The translations under genes and the position numbers were made by a program. Source: a virus (lineage: Duplodnaviria; Caudoviricetes). From it: a stretch of DNA of 64,000 bases. This document shows positions 1 through 9,645 of the stretch, piece after piece; within the stretch, counting starts at the first letter, position 1, and each line of letters starts with the position of its first letter. The notes beneath the pieces are model-generated. The model did not search any database, was not told the origin of the DNA, and saw only the letters and a list, made by a program, of their open reading frames with translations. Location of the stretch: IMG/VR virus record IMGVR_UViG_3300021400_000095; one strand, written 5' to 3'.

Positions 1-270
1 AATAAGGTATATTGTGCAAGAACATATAATTCATTTGTTCTCATATTAGATTATCTATATAAGAAATATGGGTATATTGATGAAATATGGTTTGACCATG
101 ATTTAGGTAATAATTCAAAGAGTGGATATGATTGTGCAAAATATCTTATAGATTTCTGTGATAGATATAATCTGACAATTCCACAATATCATATACATTC
201 AGCAAATCCTGTGGGTAGACAGAATATAGATTCTTATATTAAATCATATCAAAAAAGCCTTACACTTTGA
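1..270 (+). CDS. cyclic-phosphate processing receiver (cREC-like) domain protein, 5'-truncated by window
   Basis: Frame 1 is open from base 1 to TGA at 268-270, with motifs WFDHDLG...SGYDCAK...HSANPVG. Confidence 0.75.
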   Translation, partial: NKVYCARTYNSFVLILDYLYKKYGYIDEIWFDHDLGNNSKSGYDCAKYLIDFCDRYNLTIPQYHIHSANPVGRQNIDSYIKSYQKSLTL

Positions 271-327
271 TTAGTTTGGTATGGTTTTGGCATATAGTTA
301 TATTGTTGATTTTAAAATAAAAGAATT

Positions 328-606
328 ATGTTGCAGAATAAAACTTTTAGTTTTAAGAAAGTAATCAATCCTATAGAAAAGGAGATTGATTGGGAAAAGG
401 ATTTTGGTTGTCATGGTTTAAACCTTTCCACAATGCAGTTTGAAAGAGTGTCAATGGTTGGTGCTCCAAAGTCAATAATACATATAAATCTGTATGCTGA
501 TATTGCTGATTATTCAGAGGATGTTGCTGAAATGGCCAAGGCAGATAGTGCTACATTTTTGCTTTATAAAGATTATTATGTTGTTGGTTATGTTGTTGAA
601 TCTTAA
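328..606 (+). CDS. hypothetical protein
   Basis: ORF track; upstream TGG motif and A-rich leader. Confidence 0.75.
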   Translation: MLQNKTFSFKKVINPIEKEIDWEKDFGCHGLNLSTMQFERVSMVGAPKSIIHINLYADIADYSEDVAEMAKADSATFLLYKDYYVVGYVVES

Positions 607-668
607 TTAAGGTTTTGGCATAATTCTTGGATATATTGTAAGTGTTAAACAAATTAAATTAATATAAT

Positions 669-887
669 ATGAAAACCATTGAAGGGGGCATTGAGAAGGT
701 ATTTGTTATGATTAATTCTACAAATTATAACAATGATGGCAAGTTTTGTGTTCATATTGGCAATCTTGCTGAAATGGCTGAATTGGGAATGAATACCTCA
801 GAAGATGTCAATGAATTGAATAATCTTGATGTTGATGGAGTTGCTTTGACAGATTATAAAGGTTGTTATGTAATTAGAATTGCATAA
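669..887 (+). CDS. hypothetical protein
   Basis: ORF track; TGGCAT motif at 616. Confidence 0.75.
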   Translation: MKTIEGGIEKVFVMINSTNYNNDGKFCVHIGNLAEMAELGMNTSEDVNELNNLDVDGVALTDYKGCYVIRIA

Positions 888-892
888 AAAAA

Positions 893-975
893 GGATAGAG
901 GTGTTGGCCACACCCACCCGGAACCATTTGAGGGTAGAAGATAATGGGCCCGCAACAAGGTAGGTTGTTGCAATA
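893..975 (+). ncRNA. candidate small structured RNA
   Basis: GC-rich intergenic island with hairpins GGTGT/ACACC and GCAACAA/TTGTTGC and two rare CpGs. Confidence 0.35.
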
Positions 976-1065
976 GAAATGTATTATTTTTTAATATATT
1001 TCTATTTTTTTTTATTTTGGCATTATTATTGTATATAATATAATTGTAATTAAATATATTATTAT

Positions 1066-1344
1066 ATGAATAAGATTGATATTCTGAACAAGATTAAGGA
1101 TTTTCTCAGTAGCAATATTGGGGATATGTATTATTCTTTTGCATATAAGTCTTTTGTTTTTCATTATGATAGTTCAAAATATGATTTAATGTCAATTTAT
1201 ATCAATGAGGATAATGTGGTTGAGATTGAATGTGTTGGCTATTCTGCATTTAAGTTGAATTATCTTAAAGCAAAGGATATGTCTTATAAGACCTTGAATC
1301 TTATTTATAATAATTTGGTTGCTGATTTTAAAACTTATAATTAG
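1066..1344 (+). CDS. hypothetical protein
   Basis: ORF track; upstream motif. Confidence 0.75.
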   Translation: MNKIDILNKIKDFLSSNIGDMYYSFAYKSFVFHYDSSKYDLMSIYINEDNVVEIECVGYSAFKLNYLKAKDMSYKTLNLIYNNLVADFKTYN

Positions 1345-1347
1345 AAT

Positions 1348-1590
1348 ATGAATATTGAAGAATTGAAATCCCTTGCATTAAGGATGCTATTTGAGGAACA
1401 TCTTTGGAAGGTTGGTGAAAAGACAAGTTTTGAATTTTCCCTTAAAGAATATCAGATTGGCAAGGTGGAGAATGGCTTTACATTAAGCACCTATAATAAG
1501 ATAGATAAAACTTGGAACAAGCCTAAAGAGTTTGCAAGTCTTGGAAGATTGTTTAGTTATTTATTTAATTGCAATTTCATATCATATTAA
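1348..1590 (+). CDS. hypothetical protein
   Basis: ORF track; operonic. Confidence 0.7.
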   Translation: MNIEELKSLALRMLFEEHLWKVGEKTSFEFSLKEYQIGKVENGFTLSTYNKIDKTWNKPKEFASLGRLFSYLFNCNFISY

Positions 1591-1647
1591 GTTATGGTAT
1601 GGATTTTGCATTTAGTGTAGGTGAGTATTAACATTTAAGATTTTGGT

Positions 1648-2058
1648 ATGATGAATGTTTTTAATTATGCAGCAGTCTGTGAGAAGAATTGGGAATTGAA
1701 TCTTGGTGATATGACAGATTGGAAACCCAAATATACATTTTATAGTGATTTTTCCATTGCAGAATATTGTGAGATTTACAAGAGGGATGCAAAGGCAGTA
1801 GAAGATACATATAATAGAGTTATTGAATCTTGGGGGGATTGCATTGATGCAATGACTGAGGTTTCAATGGTATTGAATCATAAGATTTGGGCATTTTATA
1901 ATAGAGTAGATAGTGGTTATCTTGGTTGCAGTGATACAATAGCAGATTATTTTGAAGGCATTTATTATAAACTTTGGGAGAAATGTACTGCTTTCATTAA
2001 AAAGAAATTTGCTGATGATAAGGATGCAATGTCTTATTATTATTCAGTAATTGATTAA
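1648..2058 (+). CDS. hypothetical protein
   Basis: ORF track; upstream motif. Confidence 0.8.
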   Translation: MMNVFNYAAVCEKNWELNLGDMTDWKPKYTFYSDFSIAEYCEIYKRDAKAVEDTYNRVIESWGDCIDAMTEVSMVLNHKIWAFYNRVDSGYLGCSDTIADYFEGIYYKLWEKCTAFIKKKFADDKDAMSYYYSVID

Positions 2059-2123
2059 GTTCAATTACTTTTGGCATTATTCTTGATTATACAATAAACA
2101 GATAACTATCAAAAAATAGAATT

Positions 2124-2399
2124 ATGAACAAGGTTTACATTGTTACTTGGGAGAATGTGCATAATTATAACACTGAGGCATATAGTGGTCTTAACATCTA
2201 TGGTGTTTTTGCCACAAAGGAGGATGCAGCAAAAGCAAAAGATAATCTGATTAATCAGATGATTGAAGATGCAAAAAAGGATGGTATTAAATATAAGATG
2301 GTATCCAATAATGATATTTATGCTGATGTAGAGATTGATGAAGAAGAATATCATTTCTATGTCACTGATTATGAAGTTGGAAAAGTTTATGTAGATTAA
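2124..2399 (+). CDS. hypothetical protein
   Basis: ORF track; upstream motif. Confidence 0.8.
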   Translation: MNKVYIVTWENVHNYNTEAYSGLNIYGVFATKEDAAKAKDNLINQMIEDAKKDGIKYKMVSNNDIYADVEIDEEEYHFYVTDYEVGKVYVD

Positions 2400-2450
2400 A
2401 CTTTTGGTATATTTATTGCATATTATAATAATGTATTAAATATAATAATT

Positions 2451-2705
2451 ATGGCAAAGGTAAGAGGAATTACAAAGCAGATGCTGACTGATGTAAAGGC
2501 TGATATTAGAAAATATGAAGTCCTTTGCAAGCAGGGAGAACAACATAATGTTGCTGAAAAGTTGATGCAGGAGAATCCAAATATTCTTTATTGTAATTAT
2601 TGGAATGATAAGGATTTGGAATGGGGTGGTCAATTGACTTATTCTATTACAAGGGAAGATTGTGAATATCATAAAAAAATGATAAGCCAAAATGATGATG
2701 AATAA
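2451..2705 (+). CDS. hypothetical protein
   Basis: ORF track; upstream motif. Confidence 0.75.
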   Translation: MAKVRGITKQMLTDVKADIRKYEVLCKQGEQHNVAEKLMQENPNILYCNYWNDKDLEWGGQLTYSITREDCEYHKKMISQNDDE

Positions 2706-2760
2706 TCTTTGGCATTATTCTTGTTAATACATTATATAGATAACTTTAATATTATTTGAA

Positions 2761-3270
2761 ATGAATAAGAATATTAAGACCCTTGAACTTGGTACTATTA
2801 ACATTGAGAGTGGTAAGGTTTATGCTACTGACCCTTGTTATCCCACAGATATTTGGTGTCAGAAACTTGTAAATGTCAAAGCAGGAAAATATATTTGTAG
2901 GGCAGTTATCAGTGATGAGGGAGATTGGGGAAAGAGGATTTCTGAAATTTCTATCAGTCACACTGATAATCCAAAGAATCTTGGGAAATATATTCTTTCA
3001 GATAATATTGGTGTTGATAGTGGTCAGTGTGGTTTCTTTGAAAAGGAATATTATGAGGAATTCCACAATGGGCATTTCATTGTTGAAAATGATAAAGATA
3101 AAGAATGGTATGACAAGGTATGTAATATAACCTTGAATGGGGAGTTTTGTGGTTGTGTGGATGATAAGGGTGTTGTAAGTGAAAGTGGTTATGGTGATGG
3201 TTGTTATACCCTTTATGCAGGATATAATTCAAAAGATGAAATTGTTGCATTGAGAGTTAGATTTATTTAA
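2761..3270 (+). CDS. DUF4241-like protein
   Basis: Motifs TDPCY, IGVDSGQCGFF, SGYGDGCY. Confidence 0.65.
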   Translation: MNKNIKTLELGTINIESGKVYATDPCYPTDIWCQKLVNVKAGKYICRAVISDEGDWGKRISEISISHTDNPKNLGKYILSDNIGVDSGQCGFFEKEYYEEFHNGHFIVENDKDKEWYDKVCNITLNGEFCGCVDDKGVVSESGYGDGCYTLYAGYNSKDEIVALRVRFI

Positions 3271-3379
3271 CTTATTGTTATAATTTTTTCTATAAAATAA
3301 GGGTATTGCAAAATATCCTTGTTTTTTATATTATTGTGGTATGGTTATTGCATATAGGTATAATGTAATAAAATGTAAT

Positions 3380-3556
3380 ATGAGAGAGATAACAAAAGAG
3401 CAATGGTTAAGGATGCTTGCATTAAATTGTGATAAAGGCAAACATAGAATAAGAATGAACAGATATGGTGTATCTTGGTGTATTATTTGTGGAAGATTAA
3501 GTTCTACAAATAATGTTGATGATTTGAAAGAGAATGAAAGTCTTTCAATCAAATAG
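3380..3556 (+). CDS. small Cys/His-containing hypothetical protein
   Basis: In-frame ATG at 3380 after the promoter motif; C..H and CxxC residues. Confidence 0.6.
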   Translation: MREITKEQWLRMLALNCDKGKHRIRMNRYGVSWCIICGRLSSTNNVDDLKENESLSIK

Positions 3557-3612
3557 ATTTTTTGGCATTATAATTGATAGTAATATAGGTGTAATTATAA
3601 AATTAATAGAAT

Positions 3613-3858
3613 ATGGACAAGCAAGAAATCAGAAATTTCCTCAACAAGAATTATAAGAGTTGGAAAAATGCATTTGTCATTTATGAATTAACTGACAATA
3701 AAATCAATATTATTGATTATGGTATGCATAAGGCAAGTATGTCAATGATTGCCAAGAAACTTATTAAAACCTATAATTTTGAAATGGTTGTTTTTACTAT
3801 TGGCAGTCCTACTGGAAATGTTTGGTTTTTTACCAAGCATAGTCTTGGTTTGGTATAG
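3613..3858 (+). CDS. hypothetical protein
   Basis: ORF track; upstream motif. Confidence 0.75.
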   Translation: MDKQEIRNFLNKNYKSWKNAFVIYELTDNKINIIDYGMHKASMSMIAKKLIKTYNFEMVVFTIGSPTGNVWFFTKHSLGLV

Positions 3859-3892
3859 TTTTTGTTATATAATCTAATAAAAATATAGTATT

Positions 3893-4303
3893 ATGATTAC
3901 CAAATTTGTTTTTTCTTGTCTTGTGCTTCTTCTTGTTCTTTTCTTGATTTATGCAGTGATTGGTACAATTATAGAAAACAAGGAAATTAAAAAACTTTAT
4001 TCTTGTCATCTTTGGGATATGTTCATTGATAATTCCAAGAAGTTCAAGTTTAAGTATGTATATTATTATAAATCCAACAAACAATATATCTATCATTGGG
4101 AATATGGAAATTATGATATTGTTGTTTGGGTTGATGATACTGAAACTCCAATTCCAACTTGTTCAATTCATACTATGAAATCAGATTGTGTACTTTCAAA
4201 TTTCAATAAAGCAAAGAGTAATGAACTTGCTATGATTCTGCTAAATAGTATTGGTTGGAATAATAATAATGAATATTTCTGTAAATATTATCATTTGGCA
4301 TAA
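3893..4303 (+). CDS. hypothetical membrane-anchored protein
   Basis: N-terminal hydrophobic helix. Confidence 0.75.
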   Translation: MITKFVFSCLVLLLVLFLIYAVIGTIIENKEIKKLYSCHLWDMFIDNSKKFKFKYVYYYKSNKQYIYHWEYGNYDIVVWVDDTETPIPTCSIHTMKSDCVLSNFNKAKSNELAMILLNSIGWNNNNEYFCKYYHLA

Positions 4304-4346
4304 TTATTGATTGTATTGTAAGTGTAATAAATAAAAAAGAAGAATT

Positions 4347-4763
4347 ATGAATAATGCTATTAGTTATGATGCTCTCTGTGTTGAATTCCATAATTTGTGG
4401 GAGAAAGCACATAGTACACTGAACAATATGCTTAATAACAGAGGTGTTGAAACAATCAATGTTATGGCATATATTGATGCTGATATGCTTGACATTTGTC
4501 CATCATTTTCACAGACTGACAAAAATGGTTATGGTGTCAATGTAACTCTCAAACTCATTCATAAGGACAAGAATGGTGATTGGGTTGTTGATGTGGTGGA
4601 TGAAGATTATGATGATTGGGACACACTCAATTTTGACCAATGGAATTTTGATGCAGGAGCATTGATTGATGTTATTGGTGTTGTTGAGGAAATTTTTGAG
4701 ATTGCTGATGACCAATATAATGGAAAGGTGCTTGGTGTTGGTGAAAATTTTGAAGAAGAATAG
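4347..4763 (+). CDS. acidic hypothetical protein
   Basis: ORF track; D/E-rich. Confidence 0.8.
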   Translation: MNNAISYDALCVEFHNLWEKAHSTLNNMLNNRGVETINVMAYIDADMLDICPSFSQTDKNGYGVNVTLKLIHKDKNGDWVVDVVDEDYDDWDTLNFDQWNFDAGALIDVIGVVEEIFEIADDQYNGKVLGVGENFEEE

Positions 4764-4809
4764 AGATTGGCAAGATTATTGCATATATGTATAGTGTATA
4801 ATAAAGGAT

Positions 4810-4959
4810 ATGGATAATCTTAAGAAATGTTGTCTTGCTTGTAAGAACAATCAATTCTGTAAAAATACAGAGAGGAAAGGTCAAGTAACAACCTTTGTTT
4901 GTGAAAATTTTAAGTGGCATAGTTCATATAAATCTTTCAATTCAAAGAAGAAAGAATAA
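4810..4959 (+). CDS. small Cys-rich hypothetical protein (49 aa)
   Basis: Read manually: MDNLKKCCLACKNNQFC...KKKE*; own TGGCAAG-N4-TTGC motif. Confidence 0.6.
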   Translation: MDNLKKCCLACKNNQFCKNTERKGQVTTFVCENFKWHSSYKSFNSKKKE

Positions 4960-5009
4960 AGTTTGGCACAAATATTGTTCTATATTGTAAGTGTAAAAAA
5001 TAAACAAGT

Positions 5010-5309
5010 ATGCAAGTCAAATTCAAATACAATCAGTTTATTGTCAAAAAGGCAAGGGAAGTTGGTAGTTTGATTAACAAAGTAAGTTATGGTGTTTTCA
5101 AAGTAACTCCCTATGTTAAATATGATGTTGAGGGAACACCTATGGAATTTGATATTACATACAAAGTACATCTTATTCCAGTGGGGAAAAATGCAGAGAA
5201 ATTTTGTGAAGATGATTATTATACATCTGATTTGTGGGATGTCCCCAAAGAAATGATTTTTGATGATGAAAATCTTGCACAAAAATTAGTTGATAAAATT
5301 TCCATATAA
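5010..5309 (+). CDS. hypothetical protein
   Basis: ORF track; upstream TGGCAC motif. Confidence 0.75.
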   Translation: MQVKFKYNQFIVKKAREVGSLINKVSYGVFKVTPYVKYDVEGTPMEFDITYKVHLIPVGKNAEKFCEDDYYTSDLWDVPKEMIFDDENLAQKLVDKISI

Positions 5310-5338
5310 ATAAACTTTGGCATAAAATGTGCAATATA

Positions 5339-5686
5339 ATTAGAGGTCAGCCTTAAAACTTTGGCATGGATATTGATTGTTAAAATGTGTAAATAAATTA
5401 GTTGAAACATTTTTATGAGAATTAAAGATAAGACTTAAAGTTTGGCACAATTTTAGATAGTATTTAGGTGTTGATGTTAAATTTAATTTGAAACCTATTA
5501 GTATGATTAGAGATAAGCCTTAAAATTAGATTTATTATTATTGAACTTTGATATTAGTGTAAATTTAATTTGGGATTTTTTAAGTATGAATAGGATTAGA
5601 GATAAGACTTAAAGTTTGGCACAATTTTAGATAGTATTTAGTAAAACAAGTAAAACCCAATTAAAATGATTAGAGGTCAGCCTTAA
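5339..5686 (+). repeat. five ~18-nt direct repeats ATTARAGRTMAGMCTTAA interleaved with sigma54-like motifs
   Basis: Copies at 5339, 5421, 5506, 5595 and 5669; 42-nt exact duplication 5426-5467 = 5600-5641. Confidence 0.85.
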
Positions 5687-5759
5687 TAAAGTTTTAAGAT
5701 AGATATTAGTTAAAATAACACAATCCTAAAATCCCAATAAATTTAGCAACATAATAGGA

Positions 5760-6310
5760 TAAACAATAACCAAAGGTTACAAAAGTTGCAAAGTTTCCCA
5801 AAGGGAAACACAAAAACCAATAAGGGCAAAAATTGAAATAGTGTGCTTTTCCAATGAAGCATATGCAGAGGTAAAGATAAAGGTGGGTCGCAACCACAAT
5901 GGCATAACTTGAAGGAGTGGAGGAATAGCACAACTATTTTAATGAAAATCAAAAAACCTTATAATGCTAAAAGGGTGGTCTCCTTAAGCAGAATGGTTAA
6001 TGACTTGGAAACATTAAATTATATTATTTATTTTATTTAATTTGATGGCTTAAACCCTCATTTTGAGGTCAAGTTGGCAACTGACTTGTAGGTGGATAGT
6101 TGTAATTGACATTTTGGCAAAGGTAAGTAACCATAATCCATGTGGACAGATGTATGCAGATACACAATAAATCCTATGGGTAACATCATAGCAGGAATTA
6201 GGGTCTATATGTTATTGATTATTCTTGTAATTCCAAGTAAATAATCTTTCATAGTGTGGTTTGATTTGAAATGGAGAATCAGTAAAGCAAATAATCTTTG
6301 TCAATTTGTT
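5760..6310 (+). ncRNA. candidate large structured ncRNA (~550 nt; ROOL/GOLLD-like size class, unassigned)
   Basis: No credible ORF; many hairpins and long-range helices (5908-5917/5980-5988, 5931-5939/6094-6102, 6104-6111/6299-6306). Confidence 0.55.
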
Positions 6311-6340
6311 AATTTTTATTTTAGAAATTTATTAACAATG

Positions 6341-6356
6341 GTACTCATTTGAGTAC
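6341..6356. repeat. palindrome GTACTC-N4-GAGTAC (one of six copies; others at 14419, 17006, 19579, 22522, 22766)
   Basis: Recurs intergenically; loop ATTT here, TTTT in the other five. Confidence 0.85.
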
Positions 6357-6375
6357 CTTATTAAATAAGTAAAAG

Positions 6376-6711
6376 ATGGTTACAAGTTTTTTTGATGCAG
6401 TGTATCAAATCACAGAAGCTGTATATGGCACAATTTCTTATCTTACTTGTGTATTGAACAATATAGAAGGTAAGACTATTGACCTATCATATAATAGAGA
6501 TAATGTATATGGATATATCTTGATTGATGATAAGATTGTTGAAAAACAACTTCATAAGGTTTGTGTTGATGAAAATAATAATGTTAAAATTAAATTCATT
6601 GATAGTGATGAATATTATTATCTTAACACTTCCATTGATATTGAATTTATACAGACAACATTTAATATTGCACAATCTCTAAAAGATTATCCTATTGATG
6701 ATGTAATATAA
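6376..6711 (+). CDS. hypothetical protein
   Basis: ORF track. Confidence 0.75.
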   Translation: MVTSFFDAVYQITEAVYGTISYLTCVLNNIEGKTIDLSYNRDNVYGYILIDDKIVEKQLHKVCVDENNNVKIKFIDSDEYYYLNTSIDIEFIQTTFNIAQSLKDYPIDDVI

Positions 6712-6766
6712 AAAGTTTGGCATCATTTCTGCATATCATATAATTGAACATTAAAAAAAAAGAATT

Positions 6767-7066
6767 ATGAATTACATTGAGGAAAAGAAGTATCTGATTA
6801 ACAAGGCCATTAATTTTATGAATGGTAGGGATAGTGTTTATCTTGAAGATATAATTGGCAATACTGACTATATTACACTTGACTATTTTGGCAACAAGAT
6901 TGAGTGTGAGGCAGTGGGTCTTGAAATGTTTGATAATTCACCAAATGAGGTTTTTCTGAGAACTTATAGTGAAGAATACCCTGATGGTGCTGAAACTGAC
7001 AACCTTAAGTATTTCTCCAATGATGAAATAAAGAAAATTCTTGACCTTTTTGGTATTGAATATTAG
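6767..7066 (+). CDS. hypothetical protein
   Basis: ORF track; upstream motif. Confidence 0.8.
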   Translation: MNYIEEKKYLINKAINFMNGRDSVYLEDIIGNTDYITLDYFGNKIECEAVGLEMFDNSPNEVFLRTYSEEYPDGAETDNLKYFSNDEIKKILDLFGIEY

Positions 7067-7114
7067 TTTGGCATTATTTCTGCATATTGTATAATTGAAC
7101 ATTTAATAAAGAAT

Positions 7115-7438
7115 ATGGAAACAATTTATTTGAAAGAGAGAATTCCTGCTGAAAATGGTAGATATAAAACAACTCATTATGAGATTGTAGAACATAATGG
7201 TAAGAAATTCCTTATCTATGTTGAGGGCAGTAATGGAGATTGTCTTGGTTTCAATAATAAGTGTTGCCTTAGTGTTATGAATGAAAATGGCAGTTGGGAT
7301 AAGGTTGCTGATAACCACCAACTTGGTTTTTCATCCAATAATGATAATATGTATTATGGCACTAAAGTTGAAGTAAAGAAGAAGTATGTTGATATGAATG
7401 TCAATGAGTTTAAGGACTATATTTCTAAAGTATATTAA
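7115..7438 (+). CDS. hypothetical protein
   Basis: ORF track; upstream motif. Confidence 0.8.
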   Translation: METIYLKERIPAENGRYKTTHYEIVEHNGKKFLIYVEGSNGDCLGFNNKCCLSVMNENGSWDKVADNHQLGFSSNNDNMYYGTKVEVKKKYVDMNVNEFKDYISKVY

Positions 7439-7440
7439 TT

Positions 7441-7812
7441 ATGGAGAAAATGGCAAACTACAAGAATGTTCTTGTTAATGTAAACAAGACTATTGATGAA
7501 CTTTATGTTTCCCTTAGGGAATTCATTAAGGAACATGGTGGTTTTATCAACACAAGTGCTGATAAGTATCCTAAGTATCCCTGCAATATCAAGTCCATTG
7601 AGTATGTCAGTGGTGGTGAGGTTGCAGAGTGGAATGTTCTTGCAGTCAAGGTTGTAGGTGATAGAATTATGTATTGTGCTGACTATGATGCTTGTGAGGA
7701 AGTATCTGATGAAGATTTGGATGATTATGAGTGGTTTGACCTTTGTGGTGGTGGTCACTATTATGTTCAGACCTTGCTGAATATTTGTGAACTTATTGAA
7801 TTATATGTATAG
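7441..7812 (+). CDS. acidic hypothetical protein
   Basis: ORF track. Confidence 0.8.
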   Translation: MEKMANYKNVLVNVNKTIDELYVSLREFIKEHGGFINTSADKYPKYPCNIKSIEYVSGGEVAEWNVLAVKVVGDRIMYCADYDACEEVSDEDLDDYEWFDLCGGGHYYVQTLLNICELIELYV

Positions 7813-7868
7813 TTTGGTATAGTTTATGCATATATTAAAATGTTATTTTATAAAAAACAAGAAACATT

Positions 7869-8240
7869 ATGATTATGGTTACTGAATATTTTGCTAACAA
7901 GATTCTGAATGATGCTCAGAAAAGGATTAAGGGTTACATTGTTAATCTTGTAAAGAAACTTTACTTGGACAAGAATGAGTTTGCACCAAATTTTGATGAT
8001 GGTGAAAACTATTGTCTTGAATGTGAAGGTATAAGTTTCAGTATTGAAGTAGATAACTCATATCTTGATGTTTATGAAGTAACCTCTGAGGAAAGGCAAA
8101 TCAAAGAGATTGTTGTTGATGGCAGTGACAATCTATGGTTTGTAATGGAAGATGATGATGAATGTAATTGGGATGATGTAGATGTGCTGAATCTTGCAGG
8201 TGTTGCAAATATTTTGCAGAATCTTGCTTTTAAAAAGTAG
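7869..8240 (+). CDS. acidic hypothetical protein
   Basis: ORF track; upstream motif. Confidence 0.8.
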   Translation: MIMVTEYFANKILNDAQKRIKGYIVNLVKKLYLDKNEFAPNFDDGENYCLECEGISFSIEVDNSYLDVYEVTSEERQIKEIVVDGSDNLWFVMEDDDECNWDDVDVLNLAGVANILQNLAFKK

Positions 8241-8293
8241 AATGGTATAATTTTTGAATATAGTATAGAAGAACAATTTTAATTAATTTAATT

Positions 8294-8596
8294 ATGAAAG
8301 TTACACAACTTATTAACAACAATGGTAATCCTGCATCCAATCAGTTTGTTATTTATGACAATGATAATAACATTTATTTTCAGTCTTATGAAACTCTGAT
8401 TGCAAAGTATGATGTTAAGAGCAAGAAGTTGTTTGTTACCAAATCTTGGGATTATAGTAATACTACAAGAAAGCATTTCTATATTTTCCTAAATGATTTT
8501 ACCAAGTATGGTTATATCTATAATAAGGATAGTATGCTTAAGGCAATTAAGAATGGTGAAGTTGAAGTAGTTGATAGTAAATTTTTTAATTTTTAA
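8294..8596 (+). CDS. phage hypothetical protein (FQSY...WDYSxTTxKH)
   Basis: ORF track; motif resembles a recurrent phage family (recalled, not searched). Confidence 0.8.
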   Translation: MKVTQLINNNGNPASNQFVIYDNDNNIYFQSYETLIAKYDVKSKKLFVTKSWDYSNTTRKHFYIFLNDFTKYGYIYNKDSMLKAIKNGEVEVVDSKFFNF

Positions 8597-8600
8597 AAAA

Positions 8601-8813
8601 ATGAATCAGAAGTTTATGAAACAGATGTTTCTTACTTTGTTTAATGATTTCAGTAAGAAACATATTTTTGCCCACAATTTTTACAATCTTAGTCAAGAGG
8701 AAAAGTATGAGATTGCAAAAGACACTTTCAATGATATTGCAAAGCATTTGAAAGCAAACATTACAGATACCATGAAAGATAATATTATTCTAAATTTTAT
8801 GGAGTTGCTTTAA
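8601..8813 (+). CDS. hypothetical protein
   Basis: ATG at 8601, in frame with the track ORF. Confidence 0.7.
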   Translation: MNQKFMKQMFLTLFNDFSKKHIFAHNFYNLSQEEKYEIAKDTFNDIAKHLKANITDTMKDNIILNFMELL

Positions 8814-8861
8814 GATTTTGGCATTAAAATTGCTAATGTTATTGTAACAAATATTATCATT

Positions 8862-9059
8862 ATGACTATTGAAGAAATTATTGAACTTGCTGAAAAAGCA
8901 AATGAAGCAAATGAGTTGAACAATTCTGATGTCAGATATTGGATTCAGAATCTACAAGGTGAAGATAGATTCTTTATTTGTTACAATATCTTGGATATGG
9001 ATGATATTGAAGAAGTAAGTAAGGAAATTTTTATCAAGAAAATTAGCAAAAATCTTTAA
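8862..9059 (+). CDS. hypothetical protein
   Basis: ORF track; upstream motif. Confidence 0.7.
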   Translation: MTIEEIIELAEKANEANELNNSDVRYWIQNLQGEDRFFICYNILDMDDIEEVSKEIFIKKISKNL

Positions 9060-9061
9060 TT

Positions 9062-9295
9062 ATGGGCAATATCTATTTTATTCTTTCATCTGAAAGGGAT
9101 AACTTTAATAAGAAATATAATGAGTTTATCCATAGACTTATTTGGGATAGCAATATTCTTGATGGTTTTGAAATCAATGATATTAGAAATTTTGAAGAGC
9201 AGTTAAATAATCCAGTTTTTAGAACTGAGGTTGTTCAGAAACTTGGTGATATGATTTATCAAAAGTTGTTCAATTCTGAAAATGTGGCACAATAA
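9062..9295 (+). CDS. hypothetical protein
   Basis: ORF track. Confidence 0.7.
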   Translation: MGNIYFILSSERDNFNKKYNEFIHRLIWDSNILDGFEINDIRNFEEQLNNPVFRTEVVQKLGDMIYQKLFNSENVAQ

Positions 9296-9330
9296 TTGAT
9301 TAATATCATATTGAATAATTAAAATAAAAT

Positions 9331-9642
9331 ATGAAAGAATTTAATAATTGGTTTACTATCTCCTTTAGTTATCTTGGTAAGGACTTTGAGCATACCATTA
9401 CCCTGCACCAACTTGATATTGATGAAGATACTTGGTATTATTACTTTGATATCAATGTTAAAGGTGATTATTATAGGGTGGAAGTCTTTGGAACTTATGA
9501 TGATGATGGCAATGTGAGAACAAGTGGTGAATGTATGGTGGATGGTAAAGAAACCCTTGCTTGCTTTGGTATTAATATCACTGATGATGATGGTGATGTC
9601 ATTGCTTATATTGATGATATTGATATTATTGATACTGACTAA
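9331..9642 (+). CDS. highly acidic hypothetical protein
   Basis: ORF track; D-rich. Confidence 0.8.
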   Translation: MKEFNNWFTISFSYLGKDFEHTITLHQLDIDEDTWYYYFDINVKGDYYRVEVFGTYDDDGNVRTSGECMVDGKETLACFGINITDDDGDVIAYIDDIDIIDTD

Positions 9643-9645
9643 AGT

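Noticed and set aside
5339-5686. CRISPR mini-array
   Set aside because: Repeats are short (18 nt), degenerate and irregularly spaced; the 'spacers' contain duplicated promoter sequence; no cas genes in the window
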